A stretch of 64,000 nt of DNA from Balanoglossus misakiensis (lineage: Eukaryota > Animalia > Hemichordata): contig CM082577.2 of assembly GCA_040954595.2 (NCBI GenBank), positions 14,329,903 through 14,393,902 of the forward strand, in the 5' to 3' direction. Below the pieces are notes generated by a model that was given only the letters and a program-made list of their open reading frames with translations, was not told where the DNA came from and searched no databases. Position numbers and translations under genes: made by a program. This document shows positions 1-13,630 of this stretch, one piece after another (positions within the stretch are counted from its first letter, which is position 1; each line of letters opens with the position of its first letter).

Positions 1-172
1 GTTAATCAGATTTTCAAAGTCCATCTAAAAATCATTTAATCTTTCCAGGGTGCGGTTTATGTTGGAGATAGTATCAGTCAGGCTATTTCTCAGAAAATCA
101 ATGAATGATCTGCGGACATCCCGAATAATGTGTTACCACAACGCTAGCCAGGAAGCACATGGGACATTTCAC

Positions 173-525
173 AATGAGGCAGTGAACACTGGGGGACCAG
201 ACTGACATGTTAACCAATCAGGGAGCTGTATGGTGAATAAATACATATTAATAAGACCTAACCTATAAGGTCCTGTATAATGAGGCAGTGAACACATGGG
301 GGACCAGACTAACACGTTAACCAATCAGGGAGCTGTATGGTGAATAAATACATATTAATAAGACCTAACCTACAAGGTCCTGCATAATGAGGCAGTGAAC
401 ACTGGAGGACCAGACCTACACATTAACCAATCAGGGAGCTCTAAAGTGAATAATGCATAGTAATAAGACCTAAGCTACAAGGTCTAGTGAATAATACATA
501 GTAATAAGACCTAACCTACAAGGTC
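173..525. repeat. Tandem repeat, ~106-107 bp unit, about 3.3 copies
   Basis: AATGAGGCAGTGAACAC...CCAATCAGGGAGCT...TAATAAGACCTAACCTA recurs at 173, 279 and 386, with a partial fourth copy. Confidence 0.85.
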
Positions 526-720
526 CCTCCAATCAGCGAGCCGCAAGTGGACCTAAGATTACCAGATCGACCAATCACAGATGTCGGTACTTATGTCTTG
601 GACCTGACTTATGAAACAGGACTACTACAACATCCGCCGAACATTTAGCAGATTTCTTCAGAGATAAATTACATCAGTCACTATATCTCGCATCTTTTAT
701 TTCTGCAGGTATATTGTAAA

Positions 721-3700
721 ATGGCGTTTAAGGCTGTATCGTGGATGATACTCGTACTCGTAGTGGTATTTCCCGACAATGCGTTACTCACAGACGAACG
801 TGCAGGAACCGATCACAAAGTTGGTCAGTATTAATCTTCGCTCATTGATATACGGGTTTTGTTGACTACCTTAGTTATTCTGACGACAGTTCGATCGGAA
901 GGATAACATTTTGACTAATCCCCACGTTTCGCCGATCGTAATGCTCACTCCCACTACTTTACATATTTGCATGAAATACCGTAAACATATCGCTCTCACC
1001 TGAAAACTATTTACGGTAATGAGCACGTGACTCGTTTGCATCGTTCCGTACCGAAATTGCTCAACAAGAACTATTGCATCTAATTTGCTTATCACGTGTT
1101 ATAAATACTACTTTTATTTCGCGGGCAACAACAAGGTAATTGACAGTACATATACAATAGATAAAATTAAGTAGGGTGCATCTTATTTAACTTGATAAAA
1201 ATGTACTGACTAAAGATTAAGTGTAAGGGAGCCGTAAATGCACCACTTAACATGTTTTATTTAATAAAGGTGATAGGTGAAACGTTTCTAGGGTTCAGAA
1301 CATTATTCCTACCGGGACCTGTTCATGCACCGCATGAAGCTGTTTTGTCACAAAACGCCACGTCAACTTTGATCAATAATTTATGGAATAATCATACTCC
1401 CCTATACAAAGTATCCATTGACATATGCAGATTAAATAATAATAGATTCTCAGTGGGTTGAACACGCGGAAATGAAGTCATCCGAATGATTAAACACGCC
1501 CTTTTGACCATGTATAGGTATATTCAAATTAGAGGTGACAGCTATGACAATTTACCTTTAATTCTGCCCCGGTATTGTCGTCATATAGGCCTCAGGCTAA
1601 ATTCACTTCCATATCGTCTATCCATTTTTGTGTGTTACAGTCGGGACTTCATCGCTTAATTTTACCTAAACGTCTATAATGATTCAAAGATGATGATTTT
1701 TTTAGATTTTTTTATTTCTAGCGAATCGGCCATCGAAGGATTGCTATGACATTTATCAGTTGAACAAAGAAGCCCCAAGTGGCGTATACACTGTGCAACC
1801 CATGGACAACGCAACACCATTCCAAGTCTATTGTGACATGGAAACAGATAACGGAGGGTGGACGGTATGTAGGAATATCATCAAACACCTGTTTCGTTAA
1901 AAATAAAACGTTGCTCCGACAGAAAAAAAACACATTCAACCAAAGATGTAAAACTATAGTACATGAACCAGGTGAAAGCTAATTTGATAACATTACTCAT
2001 GGTATATGTTATGATTTTGCAATTCAACTATTTGCAATTGTCTGGATTTCACTCGAAAGTAATTCCTATGCATATTGTGTACACTATAGTGCAGCGATGA
2101 AGGCTTTAACGATATTACACCAATTCCTTTGATACTAAGGTCTTCCAGAGAAGACGCGATGGTCTCTTAGATTTCTACCGCTACTGGAATGCCTACAAGA
2201 ATGGATTTGGGTTTCCTGCTGCCGAGTTCTGGCTAGGAAATGACAGACTTTATCGATTAACAAATCAACAGACTTATGAACTCAGAATCGACATGGAGGA
2301 TTTTGAAAACGAAACTAGATACGCCAAATATGATGAATTCGCCATTGGTGATGAATTCAGTAAATATAAACTGGCCCTTGGCGAATATACCGGAAACGCA
2401 GGTTAGTAGACATTTGTTTCAACATTCAATTGCAAGCCTGACTCAAAAACAATGTTGTTCGAGAGGGCGCTGCCCTGGTTCCCTGCCCCATTCCCACCGC
2501 TGGCTGCGCTACGCTAAAGGGAAAGGGTCAGGCACGGGCTATTTCTCTCATTGGAGTACGGACATTGGAGGCATCCATCTAGTTTATGATCATGTGGTCT
2601 TTGGTTCATTATAATATGCTGGCCAGGTTTTAGGCCAAGACAGCGGCCCGTACCTGACCCCTTTCCCTTTAGCGTAGCGTAGCCAGCGGTGGAAATGGGA
2701 CATGGGACCAGACTATGGGTAGATGTGTTTCTTAACAAAAGGGGCGTATGTTATACTCATAGTCTGGTTCCCTGTCCCTATTCTACGCTGATGGCGCTAC
2801 ATTCACGAAAGGGTCAGGCATGGGCCATGTAATCCATTTAAGTGTCCTAGTTAGACAATAAACTTTTACCAGATTTTAGCGGCATTGAATTTGAAATTTC
2901 TCCGTAAAATTGTTGACTATTTTTTTTCCATTGTCAACAGGCGGCGTTTACAGTTTTGACAATGTTTACCTTCTGTAGCTCAATATGTACATGTATTTCG
3001 TCATATTTGATGATCAACATACGGAGTCGATCTCATTAGCGCCGCAAATTTTCTTAAACGGTTTTTCAACTTCCCCACACAAGCAACACATCATTGAGTT
3101 TATCTTTATCGGTGTTTTAGTAGCCATGATGGTCTCAGTGATGTACATGTAGGTATAATAGTTCGATAATATGAGACTGAAGTTATGTGACAGTCCGACA
3201 TCTTGGTCGGGATCCCGTCCATAATGGCGGCCCATTCCTCAGGGACACTTTCTCTGAGCAGCGCAGTCAGCGGGAATAGGGCAGAGAATAAGGAGGCGGG
3301 GGACCCGACAACCTATACTCCCAAGGGCAGGTACAGCATAGTCAACCACCAGCCTCCCCCTCCCCCGCCCCAAATTGAGCAAGTAATAAATCTATGGCTG
3401 GGCAGAGTCTACGATGCATGGGGAGAACAGGATGTGCCCTCGAAGGACAGATTTTCCAGTCAACATGCTAGACTCTCTCACAACCCCTCTCGTCGTCAAT
3501 GCAGGCTTATGGACTTATTGCATGTGTGCCATGGCGAGAGGTTCGCTACACAACACCATATGGGGCTTCTCCTTTGCTAAACAGTTGAGGGCGTGTCAGT
3601 GAAGAGTCTTGTAGCGAACCGTGGGCTGTGAGAGAGTCTATCAACATGCAAGCATACATCTCCATTTTCACACAACATGCACTCTCTCTGTCCGTGAAAC

Positions 3701-6304
3701 GCATTTAGGCAGCATACGGATTAAATTAAACACACTTTTGAAGAAGAAAAAAACTACAGCTTTTTAAATTAGTCCATAGCAACCAATCATGATCAAAACA
3801 GTGAAAATTTGGGTTCCTTTGGACGATCGTAGAAGCTTATAAATATTGAATTTGCGCGCCATTGTTTTGGCCTGCATTTGCACAATCAGTTGTATACATG
3901 TATGTCACTCCTGTATCTAGGGATGTACGGCATTTGTTGGACAGAAATTTCCTTGCGCAATAAAGGTCAGAGAAGAGATCAATAAAACTATATTTTGCGA
4001 TTTTTTTCTCAATTTGTTACCAATTTTTCATATATATCTCAAAAATATGTCAAAAATCTAACACGTGAAATATTTCAATACACTTCCGCATTTCCGTATT
4101 CTAGCGTATAAGTTTCACCCATTACATATCACTTAATAAAGTGTCCGTCATGCCGTTCACAACTGTTGATATTTGGGGTAGAAGAATTTGTGAGACTTAG
4201 TGGGGAGCATACTTACAATAGATCATTAATATTGTCACATTGTCAGATATACCAGTCAACATGCTAGACTCTCTCACAACCCCTCTCGTCGTCAATGCAG
4301 GCTTATGGACTGATTGCATGTGTGCCTGGCGAGAGGTTCGCTACACAACACCATATGGGGCTTCTCCTTTGATAAACAGTTGAGGGCGTGTCAGTGAAGA
4401 GTCTTGTAGCGAACCGTGGGCTGTGAGAGAGTCTATCAACATGCAAGCATACATCTCTATTTTCACACAACATGCACTCTCTCTGTCCGTGAAACGCATT
4501 TAGGCAGCATACGGATTAAAACACACTTTTGAAGAAGAAAAAAAACTACAGCTTTTTAAATTAATAATTGCTAACTGCATAATCGGATATAATAATTTGC
4601 GTAGTCCTTAGCAACCCATCATGATCAAAACAGTGAAAATTTGGGTTCCTTTGGACGATCGTAGAAGCTTATAAATATTGAATTTGCGCGCCATTGTTTT
4701 GGCCTGCATTTGCACAATCAGTTGTATACATGTATGTCACTCCTGTATCTAGGGATGTACGGCATTTGTTGGACAGAAATTTCCTTGCGCAATAAAGGTC
4801 AGAGAAGAGATCAATAAAACTATATTTTGCGATTTTTTTCTCAATTTGTTACCAATTTTTCATATATATCTCAAAAATATGTCAAAAATCTAACACGTGA
4901 AATATTTCAATACACTTCCGCATTTCCGTATTCTAGCGTATAAGTTTCACCCATTACATATCACTTAATAAAGTGTCCGTCATGCCGTTCACAACTGTTG
5001 ATATTTGGGGTAGAAGAATTTGTGAGACTTAGTGGGGAGCATACTTACAATAGATCATAAATATTGTCACATTGTCAGATATACCAGTCAACATGCTAGA
5101 CTCTCTCACAACCCCTCTCGTCGTCAATGCAGGCTTATGGACTGATTGCATGTGTGCCTGGCGAGAGGTTCGCTACACAACACCATATGGGGCTTCTCCT
5201 TTGCTAAACAGTTGAGGGCGTGTCAGTGAAGAGTCTTGTAGCGAACCGTGGGCTGTGAGAGAGTCTATCAACATGCAAGCATACATCTTCATTTTCACAC
5301 AACATGCACTCTCTCTGTCCGTGAAACGCATTTAGGCAGCATACGGATTAAAACACACTTTTGAAGAAGAAAAAAAACTACAGCTTTTTAAATTAATAAT
5401 TGCTAACTGCATAATCGGATATGATAATTTGCGTAGTCCTTAGCAACCCAACATGATCAAAACAGTGAAAATTTGGGTTCCTTTGGACGATCGTAGAAGC
5501 TTATAAATATTGAATTTGCGCGCCATTGTTTTGGCCTGCATTTGCACAATCAGTTAGTTGTATACATGTATGACACTCCTGTATCTAGGGATGTACGGCA
5601 TTTGTTGGACAGAAATTTCCTTGCGCAATAAAGGTCAGAGAAGAGATCAATAAAACTATATTTTGCGATTTTTTTCTCAATTTGTTACCAATTTTTCATA
5701 TATATCTCAAAAATATGTCAAAAATCTAACACGTGAAATATTTCAATACACTTCCGCATTTCCGTATTCTAGCGTATAAGTTTCACCCATTACATATCAC
5801 TTAATAAAGTGTCCGTCATGCCGTTCACAACTGTTGATATTTGAGGTAGAAGAATTTGTGAGACTTATTGGGGAGTATACTTACAATAGATCATAAATAT
5901 TGTCACATTGTGATATTGTTGCCTTTAGCTGCAGTACTTCATTTATGTGCTTCCGTTTTGCTGTAAGATAATTCGAAAAGGTACTTCTGAATATACTTCA
6001 GTGCCCTAATAAAACACTGAAGAGGTTCTGTTCTGTCTTTTCGTCTGCAGGAGATAGTCTAACATATCAAAATAATTACAATTTCACAACAAGAGATAGG
6101 GACAATGACGGACGCACGGCAGAAAACTGTGCCGAAACGCACACTGGGGCATGGTGGTACAAATATTGTCATGCATCCAATTTGAATGGTCGATACCTTG
6201 GCGGAGAGACGGAAGAGTACGCCGATGGGATAGTTTGGTATACATGGAGAGGGTATTATTATTCTTTGAAGAAGACCGAGATGAAAATAAGACCTGCTCT
6301 GTAG
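721..6304 (+). CDS. Secreted fibrinogen-related domain (FReD) protein, ficolin/MFAP4/tachylectin-5-like; exons 721-823, 1722-1864, 2140-2401, 6051-6304
   Basis: Manual splicing with phase-compatible GT-AG introns gives the signal peptide [17 protein letters not shown]. FReD motifs follow: [91 protein letters not shown]. Confidence 0.95.
2472..2715. mobile_element. MITE family A (~245 bp, ~65-bp TIRs) in FReD intron 3; a further truncated end at ~2760-2826
   Basis: CTGGTTCCCTGCCCCATTCCCACCGCTGGCTGCGCTACGCTAAAGGGAAAGGGTCAGG is inverted at ~2652-2713 and ends in AGAC-TA. A second, reversed copy lies at 19771-20028. Confidence 0.75.
3456..5912. repeat. Near-identical tandem triplication of a ~800-830 bp intronic unit
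   Basis: CCAGTCAACATGCTAGACTCTCTC starts at 3456, 4252 and 5084. The bodies align almost base for base; copy 1 lacks a ~40-bp segment. Confidence 0.92.
3469..3640. mobile_element. 172-bp MITE with TIR TAGACTCTCTCACA and 9-bp TSD TCAACATGC (Mutator-like by TSD length); copied at 4265-4435 and 5097-5267
   Basis: TCAACATGC|TAGACTCTCTCACA...TGTGAGAGAGTCTA|TCAACATGC. The same right end also occurs at ~9624-9655. Confidence 0.75.
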
Positions 6305-6709
6305 CGAATTGAAATTGTCTAACTCCTTTATCCAGAGGCAGAATATAGTAATTTGACTGTTTGGCGAAAAAAAACACTTTTCAATTGTGAAATTCTATAT
6401 ATAAAAAAATCTGCGTTAAAGAGGTATGCCCGTAAAATGTAAAAAAATGTATTATATTAATGTCAAATAAAGTTAAGCTCAAGCAATTCAAATAACTGTT
6501 ATTTACAGCCTTGATGTATGAAAGAGAAACAATTCACTTGCACATCACAGAAGTGTTTATGAGACAAAGCATATGTATCAATAAGAAAGTCCCTCTCTTA
6601 CATTTCCAGTGCAGTTACTCATGTTGTTGCCCACTGGACTAAACTCGGAACTTTTCCTATTTGGCTTGTGCGAGTGACCTTACTATGGCAAATTCAATCT
6701 CAATGTCTT

Positions 6710-7262
6710 TATGCCTCGAGAGATATTTTCAAGAAAATGAGTCCTCCAAGCCTTTCAATTATTTGTGATATTTAAGGGAAGTTCCCGTGGTGGTGCGATT
6801 CTGCTTGAGAATGTTCTCCGTGGTAACAACATAACCCAGAACGCTTCACTAATCGTTAAAATAAAAATGGCGGCTATAGATGACGTCAGTGAATTTCACC
6901 GACAGTACAATTTCAACTACAACGTTGACAGTACGTGATTGATGGAATTCGCAGGGATTTGTGGGTAAAATATTATGTTTATCAACAAACACAACATGAA
7001 TGCTCAGTGCCACGAGAACTCCACTTTAAAATGTGTGGAGAATGATTTTGACAATAAAATCAGTACTTGAACTTCTCCCGCCCATAGAGTTAACACAACC
7101 ATTGGCAGTCATTTTGAATTTCGGATAATTTTACTCTCTAATATTAAATGTTGCAAGGTGACCCCTATTTTTTTCTCAATGTCAAGAGAAAATAATCCAA
7201 GTTCGCCTTGAGCAAAATATTAGAACAAGTTCAAGACTTTGATTTTAGAGACGTATATTACC
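6710..7262. repeat. Degenerate member of a dispersed interspersed-repeat family (other copies ~34195-34410 reversed, ~35848-36140, ~43730-43930)
   Basis: Shared core CCATAGAGTTAACACA...TGGC(A/G)G(T/C)CATTTTGAATT at ~7082, ~34290-34330 (reverse complement), ~35970 and ~43780. Boundaries are approximate. Confidence 0.45.
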
Positions 7263-10200
7263 AGTTTCTTTTAACTAACGCTATCATCGAAAAAAATATT
7301 ACCAACAATATTTAACAAAATGTGTAGCGGGGACATTTACAATCTACTCCACAAACATATACCTTTGTCACCACTGCTGACCTACCCTCAGTAAACAGTT
7401 GCAAGGAAGCCTTCCAAAAACACAAGTATTCATTTGATGAAATGAAGTCTTTGCGAAACAGTTACTGCCACAGGATTTTTGGATGTGTGAACGACTTGAT
7501 AAGGACATTATATGACAACATTCAGAATGACGAGATTGACATGGGCATTAAAATAAATTTTACCATAACTTAAGAAGGACGAGAAAATCAACTGAGCTGG
7601 GGTACTCACCAACCTGCAATAAGTTGTTTTTTTTTACTGTCGAGAATATCATACCATCCCTTATAGTTTGATGATCGATTAGCAAAAGTTGCACGTAGGA
7701 GTCTACGGCCTTGTGTTCCAATATAACAAAATAGCAACATTTCATGTTTTAATAGTCATCATTAAGGGTTCCTTCCTAGTCTTCCCTTGTTGCAAGTTCA
7801 TTAGACGGTGATTCTTTATTAGAATGGACGTCTAATTGCATGTGTGCCATCAATGGCCGAGTGTGGCGCATCTCCTGAACGGTTGAGGGCGCATATGTGC
7901 GCAACCCCAGACGCTGTACAAACGCAACGCGCATGCGTGAGTTAACCCGGAAGCGTATGCAGCGTGATTCGAAAAGTTTTCTCTGCTGGAGCCAACTACT
8001 TGAGACTTCTGGCCGTAATCATGAGGAGGAGAAACCAATAGTACAGAAATAGAGTTAAAGGAGTTTGATGAATTGTCGTTTCGGACGGTTTAACTTGTTT
8101 AAGTATAAACGAAATGAGTGTTTACCGAATACATGAGAAGTTGGCCAGATTAGAAGTCGGCCAGTACGCGCGTATGAGAAGTCGGGCAGTTGTTGAACTT
8201 GTACCCGAACAGTGCAATAATTACCCAGATTACTAATGAAAACACTTAATAAAATATAATTGCACTAAATATTTTCATTTGGTCGGATTTCCCACATTCT
8301 TGACATCACAATGGCGTCATTTCAAATAATGGCGTCTGGTTCCCCGGCCCCGTATCCCGCGTAAAGGAGCTTAGGGTGTTCGCCAAATTCCTTCGACATT
8401 TCTTCAAAGCCTACTATCATACATAGAAGATGTATGTGTATATTCACAGTTTCCGAGACAACACCAAACAGACAAACGCGACGAGGAACAGACTAGCGCA
8501 GCGCAGTATGTGCAGGCGACTGATGTTGACGTTCACCAATGACGTAGTGAACAGACAGTTTTAAAATTCGTCGGCTATTTGTACAGATATCTCAACTCCT
8601 TTGCTGGTACATCAAGGAAACATTTCGTAGTGAAACCTGCATAAAAATTCACCTTCCTACCACTGCAGTAAACAATGCATATCTACCATAGACTCGACGG
8701 CGCTCACCACTACATAAATCTTGGTATTTAGACCGTGTACGTGGTGACAAAGCGCATATCATCGCCATCATCAGGTTTGGCGTAGTACTGACTGGCTTAC
8801 TTATGAGTGAATGATTTCAAATTTCCAACTTACAGCAATCTTGTTGCTAAGGACGCCGTCATGGTTAGTTCAAAATTCGCGCCGTGCTATCGTTATGTTA
8901 ATTACATCAGTAAACGTGCGAATTTCGCGGCAAGACTGACTTCCGCATCAAAACACGATCAAAATCATTCTAGTTCTACGTCCATGGTGTTACAGAAACA
9001 ATATTTTTTGTTATTTTGTATAGTTGTGTAGTAATTTAATATTATTAATAGCATTATTAATTTCACGTTCAGGTGGTTGCATCATCGGGGACGATGGCCT
9101 TGTGCAGTGTCTTGCATCTCGTCTCGGCAGTAATAACCATGCCAAACTTTCGCTAAAGAAGGCATGACCAACTTCGGAAGCTTGGAAATATACTCGGGCA
9201 AGCGAAGTTTTTTCGGGCAAAAGTATGGCTTTGAGTCAATTACTAAGCTTCAATTTGGAAAAGTTTTAGAACCAGCAACTTAAATTTGAAACCAGCAACT
9301 CCATAAAACTGGGGATACATCACTGAAAAAATGAAGGCTCCAAAACGGAGGGACAAATGTGCTTGATTTATTCCTAGCAGAAAATGTCTCAAAATAAACT
9401 ATAAAAATGCCTTTAACATGTTGTTATTCGTGTATATTAATCCCTATGTAGTTTTTACTTTGGAAAGATTGACGGTTGAGTAACCCAAGCACCTCCATTT
9501 TTGTTGATGCGCGCAGGAATCAAAGTCTCGACCACCCCTCCAGTGATAATCGACGAACCATTGTCAAAGAATGCGCACAACTATGCGCAATGCATTTGTA
9601 CAGCGTCTTGCGCAACCCGTGCCTTGTAGCGAACCGTGGGCTGTGAGAGAGTCTATGTCCTGACATACGTCACATATCAATAATACGACTTTATATGGTG
9701 GGCCGATCATCATATGTTGATTTTTATTCGATACATTCACGTTTGTCTTTGACCACTGAATGCTAATGTAGGTGTATATGTTCTAAATATCAGGACATAG
9801 GTCACAGAAGCCAATGATCGGTCCATCGCACGAGGGCGTATCATATTCGCCGATACACAGCCTATCTATAGTAAATTAAATGCGGTAGCATGCGGTGGTT
9901 GTCTTATACCCCACGAGTACTGTGTACCCCAACCATATCCACCACTTTTATTTCATGATCCCCCCTTACAGAAGCATTGTTATATACAAAGGATCCAAGA
10001 ACTTCAAACATAAGAATGCAGACCAACCTTCTTGTAAAAACTATTAAACCTGTCACGTACCACGACGACATTTAAACATACATTTGACACAACTTATTTT
10101 CCGTTGGATAAATTGCGTGTCGTATCGAAAAAGTAGAGTGCTCAGGTCGAAATAGGGGAACTTCACGTGAGCCGTCAAGGCTGCGTCAAGATGACAGATT

Positions 10201-11157
10201 TGATAGTTCTATCAGAGGGCGGTATTCAGTATCTTGCCCAATGTAAACGTGACGTTACCATAGAGTCCAGTATGTTTGATGTCAGATATGTTTTTTACTA
10301 CCTCGGCAGGATATCGGTTGCGTGCATTGATATATCAGTATTTGTCAGGTGAATCAGCACATGCACATAGTCTGGAAAATGACAGAACAACAAACAATGA
10401 AGAATTTCAGAAAGATTTGTGATTTGAATCGGACAGGCGACCACTGTTCGCTTCGACACTTAACCTATTTTAGTGGCGGTCTGCAGTTGGGGTCATGAGA
10501 TCATGAACCTCTAACCAATAAAAGTACACAATTCAATTTACAAATGACAAGAGTTTCACCGAGTTTGTCAGAGACTCACACGATTCAAGACTTTGTAGTG
10601 CGTGAATGAATATCGCTGAGAAATAACGCAAAGCTCAGTCTTAATATGTATCACAACGATATTTTAAAAAAATCGATTGATACAAATTGTTTTTCGTTGG
10701 AATATTCGACATGATGCGCCTTAACGTAAAGGGTGAATGCCTTATGTGGAAATGCGGAACTTCACGTGAGCCGCCGTCACGGCGGCGCCAAGATGACTGG
10801 TTTGATAGTTCTGCCAGAGGGCGGTATTCAGTATTGGTCCATGTAAACGTGGCGTTACCATAGAGTCCGGATCAGGCGATGTTTGTTGTTCTAGGTGTTT
10901 TTATTACCCCGGCAGGAGTTCGGTTTCGCGCATTGATATACCAATATTCGTCAGGTGAAGCAGCACATGCACAACGATCAAAAGAAGACGGACGGGTCTC
11001 TTTGCGCTGAAAATCTTGTGACCGGGAAGGACGAGTTAGAAGTTCAAGTGGCTGATACACATCGCAACCATCTAGTGTGTTACATCAGACAAGCAATATT
11101 GCAGTAACTGTTCTTCAACACTTCTTAATCATCAGAACGAAGACCAACGCGAAGATC

Positions 11158-11382
11158 ATGAAGTGTTCATTTGTTGTCGTCATTTTGCTGTGCTGTTTGA
11201 TTCCGGCGAATTCGGTGCCAGCCTTTTTAGAGGTGCCACGACGGATCCACGAAGTGAATAAAGTTCGGCCAAATATGAAAATTGGAGCCGAACGAGTCAT
11301 CGAAGAAACTGACAAAAACAAACGGGGTGAGCACCTTCAAAGGGTGTGTCCTCCAATGTGCTGCCTCCCTCCATATTGCTGA
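11158..11382 (+). CDS. Small secreted prepropeptide, copy 1 (74 aa); predicted mature peptide GEHLQRVCPPMCCLPPYC
   Basis: ATG in AAGATCATG context, hydrophobic signal MKCSFVVVILLCCLIPANS, charged pro-region, dibasic KR, 4-Cys C-CC-C tail, and AATAAA at ~11594. The ORF is conserved in three paralogues. Confidence 0.8.
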   Translation: MKCSFVVVILLCCLIPANSVPAFLEVPRRIHEVNKVRPNMKIGAERVIEETDKNKRGEHLQRVCPPMCCLPPYC

Positions 11383-12510
11383 TCGACCACCATAACCATT
11401 ACGAAACAAGCGGGTGCCAGCCTTAAAGGCAAATGTCTACCTGACTGTTGACGTCTATATTACTGCTTTCATATTTACAAGAATTCGAAGGAAAATACAC
11501 AGATGAAAAACTTCTACTTCCAGAATATATACTGTCTTTGAAATAGTATGTTACAACTATAACCTTAACTGCATAGGAATCTTTGGGACAATGAATAAAA
11601 CGGACGCGTTATTCAACATAACCTAATGACTTCACACAAGTGGACAGTGCCAGAATTATTATCCAACAACTATGAATATCACAATTCCCCGATCCTTAAT
11701 AGGCATATCCAAATGTTCAAGCCCAGCACTGACCAGGAAAAGTGTCTCTCTACGTACGGCCACGAGTCTTACTTAGGAATACGGACTGCTATGAAAAACG
11801 CCACAAAACTATTAATGACTAAATCTCGTTGATGGAAGACACTAAACAGGAAGATAATCCTTAAATTTTCTTCCATACTTTCACTTGTATTGCCTTAATT
11901 TGTCTCTCTTTGATTTGAATCAATTTTAGAGGTAAGATGATGGTTGTGATGATCATCGGACTCAGAATTTAGACGACTCATTTTCTTGTCATTTTGCACA
12001 GATCCCACGGAATGGAAGCGCAATGTATAACACCATGTAATTTGAACACTTTGGGACAAGGGATTTGTATCTGCCAAATTTGACAACTTGCCGTAATTTA
12101 GTAATTATTGATATTCATAATTGAGTAATTTTTCATTCCCGCTTAGCAACCTGATAATTTTACTTATCTGTGATCGGTGTGTTTTACGACTCATACAAAA
12201 TAAAAATGCCTTGTCAAAACATGACTGAGTTGTCATGAGTTCAATGTATCCGGCAGAGAATGCTCTGTAGGAAACTGAGGGCTGCTTATTCGACTAATAA
12301 ATTCTCTGAGTGTGACATTCTAGCGTTTAAGAAGTCTTTGCGAAAGCAGTGCCGTTCTTAATGGGTGCATGCATTTGCATGGCATAGGACTGTTCTACTA
12401 TAACCAAAATTTGATAATAGTTGAAGATGTTTATGGACTATTTTGTCACAGTTTGTGGGGAGGAGGTGAACAGGTTTATGCCACCAAGGTCTTATGTTCA
12501 GGCCAATTAT

Positions 12511-13630
12511 GTATATATATCGTATGACTAACGAGGCGATATCCATAATATCAACCGAGGACGAAGTCCGAGGTTGATATTATGGATGACGCCGAGGTAG
12601 TCATACGATATTTAACATACACAACGAGTGAAAGGTGCAGGCCCCTCTACAAGTAAACACCCCTCAACCGACAATACAGTGTTTAAACATCTTTTGTATG
12701 GACCCTAAGCGGTTGATATCAGCCTAACTTTCAAAATGGTATGGTCCTACTTACGGAAAGTATTTAATTATTCAGCGTTTTGCACCTGGGATGCATATAT
12801 TACCTAGTTCAACCAATTATTGTTTAGTAATAAGCTCACACGCAATGTTTCTTCCAATTGTATTGGCTGTGCATGTTTTACACATGCACAATGGCATATC
12901 TTATAATATAAATGCACGGCCACGAGGCACAATTTCTTTCTACCTGAACGTGTCATAGTGGCAGCATGGCGCATGAGGTGTATCCCGATTTTTCTGATAT
13001 CTCTGATGAAGAGTTAATTGAAGCCTCACAAGCAGCAGAATATTTGAACGAGCTTGGCTTCGAAAATATGGATATAGCAGTCAGCAGCATTCCTTCGGTG
13101 AGTCACGAATTCTTTTATTCATTCCGCCATTTTCACCTTTTTATTGTGTACGTTGTCGTTGAACATGCAAGTAAGAATGTATATTGAATCATTTTTTATT
13201 TCGTTAAAGGACATTCCCAGAGGCGGTTTGCTGACCCGGTGTCGGATTCCTGCGTACAGGGGTTGCAAAAAATTCCATTCCCAAGAATACTCAACGCCGT
13301 AATATGTGGGCGCTACGGACTTTCAACGAATGGGCCATGGCCCGAAATGTTACATTTTGTAGTTTTGTCTGCATTTTTATTTGGAGGTAGGTCGTGATAT
13401 TGTCTCGAGGCGTAGCCGAGAGTCAATATCACGACCGTACCGCCAAATATTCATTTTCGAGGCATGATGGCTGAAATATCACGAGACGAAGTCGAGTGAA
13501 ATTTCTGCTATCATGCCGAGAGTTCAATAGGTTGATATCACCCCACCCCAAAAATATCACCTCAAAATGAGGTTGCTCTCTAAAATATCAACGGCTAAAT
13601 CTATTGTATTATCTGTGACGAGTTGTGTAT
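12511..13630 (+). mobile_element. Non-autonomous Crypton-like (DUF3504/tyrosine-recombinase family) deletion derivative with long hairpins
   Basis: The empty site GGCCAATTATCAGTAG is visible at the next unit junction (~17664-17678), which fixes the boundaries. The coding remnant 12966-13097 plus 13210-13348 reads ...RRFADPVSDSCVQGLQK/NSIPKNTQRRNMWALRTFNEWAMARN (1-nt frameshift), resembling the Crypton/ZMYM/KCTD1 DUF3504 N-terminus. Hairpins at ~12518-12611, ~13391-13437 and ~13462-13516. Confidence 0.65.

Noticed and set aside
11077-11157. GTG-initiated N-terminal extension of the peptide ORFs
   Set aside because: In a eukaryotic context the ATG at 11158 (and 14428, 16445) directly begins the signal peptide.
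11347-11379. CLPPYC as a Bowman-Birk/SFTI protease-inhibitor loop
   Set aside because: The canonical nine-residue C-T-P1-S-x-P-P-x-C spacing and the P1-Ser are absent.
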